The notes under the pieces were generated by a model. It was not told the DNA's origin. It ran no database searches and saw only the letters and a list, made by a program, of their open reading frames with translations. Positions 47,895 through 52,863 of a stretch of DNA of 52,863 bases are shown in pieces; within the stretch, counting starts at the first letter, position 1; every line of letters begins with the position of its first letter. Location of the stretch: contig JANYLG010000066.1 of NCBI GenBank assembly GCA_025363775.1, positions 1 to 52,863 on the forward strand. The letters are read 5' to 3'. The translations under genes were made by a program, and so were the position numbers. The stretch comes from Acidobacteriota bacterium. GTDB lineage: Bacteria; Acidobacteriota; Vicinamibacteria; Vicinamibacterales; Fen-181.

Positions 47895-49127
47895 TCACTT
47901 CCCTGAGACCGGCGTCAGTGCAATCGTCCGTCGTCCCTTCAGCGCCGCGGCCGCGACGGGCACCGGTTCTGGCGACAGCTCCACTTTGCAGCAGCGCCGG
48001 CACACCGGGAACAGCTCGCGCTCGAGCAATCGCTTCCGCAACGCCACGTAGCGTGGGTTGTTCCACACCTCTTCGAGCGTGGACACCGCCAGGTCGCCAA
48101 CCTCGACCCGGATGAACGGGCAGAAGAAGACCTTGCCGCTGAAGCCGACGCGCGCGTTCAGGAACGGGTAGAGGCACCGGCCGCGGAGCGGCGTGCCTGG
48201 CGTGTAGTACCCCTCGATCAACTGCTGATGTACTTTCGGCCGGTAGTCGAAGCGAATTCGCTTCTCACGGCACCTGGTTTCGAGCGCCCCGACCTTGGCC
48301 GACACCTGTGTCGGGACGAGACCAGGGTCGGTCGTCACGAACGTCGCCACCAGGCGCCGTTCGGTCTCGCCGATGATCTTCAGCGTCTGATCCACTTCGT
48401 CAGGCGTGGCATACATCAGGTGGTTCAACCCGATCGCGTCCACGCCCAGACCCTCGGCGACGTCCACCATCTGGTCCAGCGCGTCCAGGCTCTCGCGAGT
48501 GACGGTGGTGTTGATGCTCACCTTGAGAGGCGCGCCCTTCGCCCGTGCTGCCGCCTGGAGCCGCCGGAGGCCGGTCGCCGTTCTCTGGAACGTGCCCTTC
48601 ACCCCGCGCGCCGCATCGTGCAACTCGCCGGGACCGTCGATCGACACGCTGATGTGTCGCATGAAACCGGCCAGCGCGAGGTCCGCCAGCGCGTCCGCGC
48701 GCGCCTCGGTCATGGCCGTGCCGTTCGTCGTGAGGTACCCGCACGCATACCCCTTCTGCCTGAACAGATCGAGCACCTGCTCGATATCCTTGCGCACGAA
48801 CACCTCGCCGCCCGTCAGGCTGACGTGCAGCCCCTTCTTTTCCGGGAACGCCTTGCGCAGCGCGTCAACGCTGAGTTCCTGGCGCCACTCACCCTCGAGG
48901 TTGAGCAGGTTGCCGACGTAGCAGAACGCGCACTTCAGGTTGCACCGCATCGTCGCTTCATACACGACGCCGGCCGGGAGGCGGTCCGCCAACCCGGTTC
49001 GCTCTCGCAGGAAGCGTTCGACGCTCCGGTCGTAGCCGCGGTGCCGCCACCGCGCGTGGATCTGCTGGGCCAGCCGCCAGCGGCGCAGCGGTGCGACGAC
49101 GAGATCTCGCAGGCGGCCAAGAATCAT
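47895..49127 (-). CDS. Radical SAM protein with SPASM/twitch-type C-terminal domain
   Basis: CNLKCAFC, TGGE, TTNG, SIDG; C-terminal CLYPF...FCPF...LEEVWN...CRRCC. Confidence 0.9.
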   Translation of the reverse strand: MILGRLRDLVVAPLRRWRLAQQIHARWRHRGYDRSVERFLRERTGLADRLPAGVVYEATMRCNLKCAFCYVGNLLNLEGEWRQELSVDALRKAFPEKKGLHVSLTGGEVFVRKDIEQVLDLFRQKGYACGYLTTNGTAMTEARADALADLALAGFMRHISVSIDGPGELHDAARGVKGTFQRTATGLRRLQAAARAKGAPLKVSINTTVTRESLDALDQMVDVAEGLGVDAIGLNHLMYATPDEVDQTLKIIGETERRLVATFVTTDPGLVPTQVSAKVGALETRCREKRIRFDYRPKVHQQLIEGYYTPGTPLRGRCLYPFLNARVGFSGKVFFCPFIRVEVGDLAVSTLEEVWNNPRYVALRKRLLERELFPVCRRCCKVELSPEPVPVAAAALKGRRTIALTPVSGK

Positions 49128-49237
49128 GTTGAGCGCTGATGGGTTCGCCGCCTCACGACGGCGGCACTCGGCGCATCGCCATCATCAGGCGGCCGACCAC
49201 GGGCTTGACTGTCGTTGGCTGCGTCCATTGTACCGCG

Positions 49238-50830
49238 TCAGCGCTCCTGTTCAAACCCGGGCGTGACGGCGGCATCCTCTTCCACGGCCGCGCTGCCGGG
49301 AGCGCCGCTCACCGACACGGCCTTCACGGCTTCGGCTTTTCGGCCACGGGCGGAGCGGAGCGCGGCCACCAGGGTCTTCATTCGGGCCAACTCCTTCACG
49401 TGGAAGAAACCCGTCGCGCCCAGGACCGCGGGATAGACAACCACCACGGTGATCCCCCTGGCCAGGACCCCCACTGCCGCGAGGCGAAAATCCGGAAGAA
49501 GCAAGCCGGCCACGGCATAGGCAACCACGCCCGCGACGACGACGCGGACGACCCTGCCGTATTCGTAGCGAATCGGGTAGAACCGATGCGAGAGGGTGAA
49601 CGCGATAGCCGCGAGGGCGGCGTAGGAGATGACGTTCGACCACGCGGGGCCGAGGATCCCGTAGCGGGGGATCAGGATGACATTCGCCAGGATGTTGCTG
49701 GCCGCCGCGGCGCCAGCGGCCACCGGGTAGTACTCGGTGTGCTTGGTGATGTTCATTCCGATCGACGTCAGCAGGTAGGCGCCCTGCAGCGTGACCGCGA
49801 CGGAGATCCACGGGATCACGACGGCAGCCTCGTGGAACGCCGGCTTGGTCATCAGGCGCACCAGGTCGGTCGCCACCGCCGAGAGGCCGGCCGACATCAG
49901 AACCAGGACCGCGAGACCGTAAGTGGTGATCGTCGAAAAGGTCCGCTGCGCGTCCTTCTCCTTCATCGTCTGGAAGTAGAACGGCGCCCACGCGTACTCG
50001 AACGCGCTGAGGAAGAACTTCAGCGCGAGGCCGAGGCTCGAGCCGACCTGGTAGAGCCCAATCGTCTGTAGGTTCTGCACGCTGCTCCCCGTGAGCAGCC
50101 ACGCCATGAGGAGCGGGTCGGTGGTCGGCCCCACGATTTGCTGGGCGATGCCGTGCGGCACGCGGGGCAGGCCGAACCGGAGCACCTCGCGGAGCGTTTT
50201 TCGCGAGAACACCGGACCGACGAGCGGCGCGAACCACCGCAGGAGGACGAACGCAAACGCCACCGTGACGGCGAACTCGGACAGCACCAGCCCCATCACG
50301 CCGAAGTGCAGCACGAGGACGAGGACGATCCGCATGAGGAGCGTCGTCACGGACCGGGTGAACGTGAGGAGGGCGAACCGCCGCGCCTGGCCGCGGATCC
50401 GGAACACGTGGAACGGCAGGAAGAAGAAGCCGCCGACGAACGTGCTCAGGATCATCAACTGCAGCGCGACCGTCTGGCCCTGCAGGCGGAAGAGCCGCGT
50501 CGAGTAGAGCGGCGCGGCCACCAGCGCCACCAGCAGGATGGCGCCGTTGGCTGCCAGCAGGAAAAAGAAAATCGTGCTCGCGAGCCGCTGCCGCGCGCGC
50601 GCGTCCTCGCACTCGTAGAAGAAGCGCATGAACGACGCGTCCACGCCCCAGCGGAACACGATCTTCGCGATCAGGCTGGCCGTGAGGAGCACCGCCCAGA
50701 CGCCGTAGTCGTCCTTGGTCAAGAAGTTGGTAAACAGCGGCAGGAGGAGGAAGCCGACCAGGTGCGTCGCGACATCACCCGTTCCGTAGACGACGAGGTC
50801 CAGGAAGAGCGCCTTGACCTTCTGGAACAC
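49238..50830 (-). CDS. Wzx-like oligosaccharide flippase (MOP superfamily)
   Basis: FLLLPLFT...DYG, LRFGLP, IGLY, NVILIPRYGILG; about 14 hydrophobic segments. Confidence 0.88.
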   Translation of the reverse strand: MFQKVKALFLDLVVYGTGDVATHLVGFLLLPLFTNFLTKDDYGVWAVLLTASLIAKIVFRWGVDASFMRFFYECEDARARQRLASTIFFFLLAANGAILLVALVAAPLYSTRLFRLQGQTVALQLMILSTFVGGFFFLPFHVFRIRGQARRFALLTFTRSVTTLLMRIVLVLVLHFGVMGLVLSEFAVTVAFAFVLLRWFAPLVGPVFSRKTLREVLRFGLPRVPHGIAQQIVGPTTDPLLMAWLLTGSSVQNLQTIGLYQVGSSLGLALKFFLSAFEYAWAPFYFQTMKEKDAQRTFSTITTYGLAVLVLMSAGLSAVATDLVRLMTKPAFHEAAVVIPWISVAVTLQGAYLLTSIGMNITKHTEYYPVAAGAAAASNILANVILIPRYGILGPAWSNVISYAALAAIAFTLSHRFYPIRYEYGRVVRVVVAGVVAYAVAGLLLPDFRLAAVGVLARGITVVVVYPAVLGATGFFHVKELARMKTLVAALRSARGRKAEAVKAVSVSGAPGSAAVEEDAAVTPGFEQER

Positions 50831-50831
50831 G

Positions 50832-51551
50832 TCAGCCTCGCCCGGTCTTGCGCATGCGCAGAAGGTTGAGCAGGCACCACCCGGGAACGGGGACCAGCCG
50901 CGTGAGCCAGCGGTGCAGCGGCTCGAGCGACGCCGGGTGGGTCCGGATCAGGTGGGTGATGACCGGGAATGTTGGGAAGATTCCCCGACGCTCGACGATC
51001 TCGAAGCCCGCTGCCCGGAACAGCCGGAGGAACTCGGCAATCGGCCGGTCGCCGGGGTGCTTCAACTCGCTCGCCGTCCGGATGAGCTGTCCCTTCAGCA
51101 GGAAGTGAACCCTCGACTGCAGGTGGGCAAGATTCGGAATAGAGATGAAGGTTTCACCGCCCGGCGTCAGCACGCGGTAGATCTCGGCGAGGGCGACGGG
51201 TTGTTCGTCGAAGGCGAGGTGCTCGAGTACGTCGAGGCACAGCACCCGATCGAACGCCCCGGCCTCGAAGGGCAGCGCCAGCAGGCTGCCTCGGCGCACG
51301 CGCTCGGACGAGTAGTTCTCGTCAACGCCTTCGATGGCGAGACGCGACGCATACGCCTCGATGAACACGCCTTCCCCGCATCCCGCGTCCAGCACCCGGG
51401 TGCCCGGGGCGAGAGCGTCGAGGTACGAGCGCACCCGCTCGACCTTGGCGACATAGGTCGGGTAGTAATCCCAGGTGGGATCGGGCGTGGCGTGGTAGTC
51501 GCCACGCGTCGCGTACTCCCCCGAGCGGCGGGGCGGCGCCACGTCTGGCAT
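50832..51551 (-). CDS. Class I SAM-dependent methyltransferase
   Basis: VLDAGCGEG, LPFEAGAFD, DVLEHL, RVLTPGG and SIPN. Confidence 0.9.
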   Translation of the reverse strand: MPDVAPPRRSGEYATRGDYHATPDPTWDYYPTYVAKVERVRSYLDALAPGTRVLDAGCGEGVFIEAYASRLAIEGVDENYSSERVRRGSLLALPFEAGAFDRVLCLDVLEHLAFDEQPVALAEIYRVLTPGGETFISIPNLAHLQSRVHFLLKGQLIRTASELKHPGDRPIAEFLRLFRAAGFEIVERRGIFPTFPVITHLIRTHPASLEPLHRWLTRLVPVPGWCLLNLLRMRKTGRG

Positions 51552-51624
51552 AGAACGGCCGATTGTACACTGAACGCGGGGAGAGCCTTGAACGGACAGG
51601 GGCGCACAGGCTGCGCCCGCGCGC

Positions 51625-52695
51625 CTACAGTCCGCCGTTGCCGCCAGACTTCTTGATCGGCACCGTCGGTGGCGTGGTCGGAGTCGTCTTCACCGGGTTC
51701 GGCAGGCCGTAGGGGTTGGCATTCGGGTCCACGACCGGCGGCTGGATCGGCTCGGGGAGCCCGTAGGGATTCCGGAACGCCGCGGGCGACGGGCCCGTGA
51801 CCTGGCCCGGCCGCGAGGCCGATGTCGGTGCCGACGCGGTCTGACCTGGCTGCGTCACCCACTGCCCGGGCACCTCGGCCGACGTGTTGACCTGCGTCGG
51901 GAGTCCCGGCGGGCCGGAGTTCGAATACGGCGTTGTCGGGAGCGGTGGGGGAGCGGTGGCCATTCCGGGTACGGTCGCGCCAGGCGACGGGCGATGCCCA
52001 GCCGTGGAGTAGTCATAGCCCGCCTGTGACGCGGATGACTGGGGAACCGCGTTTTGTGACGGCGTCGTTGGCATTCCCGGAAAACCCATTGGGGCCTGGA
52101 TCATCATCCCCGGCATCGTCGCCTGGCCCGGGGTCGGCTGCCCGCTGAACGCCGGCTGACCGTTGTCGCGTGACATCCCTGAAGGCGGCATGCCGGGCAT
52201 GGGCATGGGGATGGGCCTGGCCGGTTGCGGCTCGTTCTCGTCTGCCGGGTCGAATGTCGGCAGAACCGCCGACCGGCCGCGGCCAAAGTTGTTCGTGGCG
52301 GCCGAGGGAGGCGCCGCCACAATGGCCAGGAGCGTGGGCGCCACGCCGGGCAGCAAGAGAATCCTGTCGTAGCGTGAGCTGGCCGGCACAGGTTCAGCTC
52401 GCGGCGCCGCGACGAAGCCGGCGGTCCCCCGCAGCAGCGTTTCGAGCGCCTGCGCCTCCGGCACGTCGGTCAACTGCACGGTCATCGGACCGCCCGCCAG
52501 GCGGTCCAGGTTCGTGATGCGAACCTGTCCTAGTCGCGCCCACTCGGCGAGGATCTGCTGCGGTGACGCATCGGTGGCGACGATGGTGACCTGGCCGTTC
52601 GAAAACGACACTTTCACCCCGCCGGCCCGAGCCGGGACGGCGGCTGTCAACAGCACGCCAGCCAACGTCAGTCGAGCGAGCACCTTCACGATCAC
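51625..52695 (-). CDS. Secreted protein with secretin-N/STN-like domain and long Pro-rich tail
   Basis: Signal peptide ending VPARA, an ~80 aa alpha/beta domain (VTIVATDAS...TVQLTDVPEAQALETLL), then a Pro/Thr/Ser/Gly low-complexity region. GTG 52695 lies 6 nt after TATACT. Confidence 0.7.
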   Translation of the reverse strand: MIVKVLARLTLAGVLLTAAVPARAGGVKVSFSNGQVTIVATDASPQQILAEWARLGQVRITNLDRLAGGPMTVQLTDVPEAQALETLLRGTAGFVAAPRAEPVPASSRYDRILLLPGVAPTLLAIVAAPPSAATNNFGRGRSAVLPTFDPADENEPQPARPIPMPMPGMPPSGMSRDNGQPAFSGQPTPGQATMPGMMIQAPMGFPGMPTTPSQNAVPQSSASQAGYDYSTAGHRPSPGATVPGMATAPPPLPTTPYSNSGPPGLPTQVNTSAEVPGQWVTQPGQTASAPTSASRPGQVTGPSPAAFRNPYGLPEPIQPPVVDPNANPYGLPNPVKTTPTTPPTVPIKKSGGNGGL

Positions 52696-52863
52696 ACCCC
52701 GAGTATACGCCTCTGGCCGAACGGCGGCGGAGCGGACCCGCACCGAAAATGCTTTGCCTTCCTTGATGGTGATGGTGGCCCACTCCGGGGCATTGGGATC
52801 GGGCGTCTCATTGGGCCTGTACACCTTGTTCATATACACAGTGAGCCTGGTCTTTGCAAAGAC

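Noticed and set aside
49135-49195. Hammerhead ribozyme or fluoride riboswitch (CUGAUGA and GGCGAUG on the minus strand)
   Set aside because: GAGU stands where the hammerhead needs GAAA, and the motif order is reversed relative to the fluoride riboswitch.

Overview
High-GC bacterial DNA. Gene content (VWFA-related acidobacterial domain proteins, a MacB-type orphan permease relic, a nuo cluster running into atpZ-atpI-atpB-atpE) suggests Acidobacteriota; this is inference, not a search result. From left to right: (1) a hisI-hisG-hisD-hisC operon (minus strand, hisC cut by the window edge) under an unannotated His6 leader peptide and attenuator, more AT-rich than the rest; (2) a junction with gene remnants and a SAM methyltransferase; (3) an operon of two VWA proteins, ccsA, hemA, hemC, cobA/hemD, hemB and hemL, followed by ispG; (4) a divergent nuoA-C-D-H-J-K-L-M-N plus Fo operon that lacks every Fe-S or flavin subunit of complex I; (5) a permease pseudogene, fused E1 alpha/beta 2-oxoacid dehydrogenase, rhomboid, murJ and yqeY; (6) a ~17 kb envelope glycosylation and tailoring cluster with four GT-C-like membrane proteins, a polyprenol-phosphate sugar synthase, GT4, a flippase, a deacetylase, a GNAT, two methyltransferases and two radical SAM enzymes. 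This last cluster is my best candidate for an undescribed system. Intergenic DNA carries heptamer tandem arrays, REP-like palindromes, a TA-flanked 18-bp inverted-repeat element and a multi-branched structured element. I saw no rRNA, tRNA, CRISPR array or intact transposase. All calls come from motif reading only; no database searches were run.
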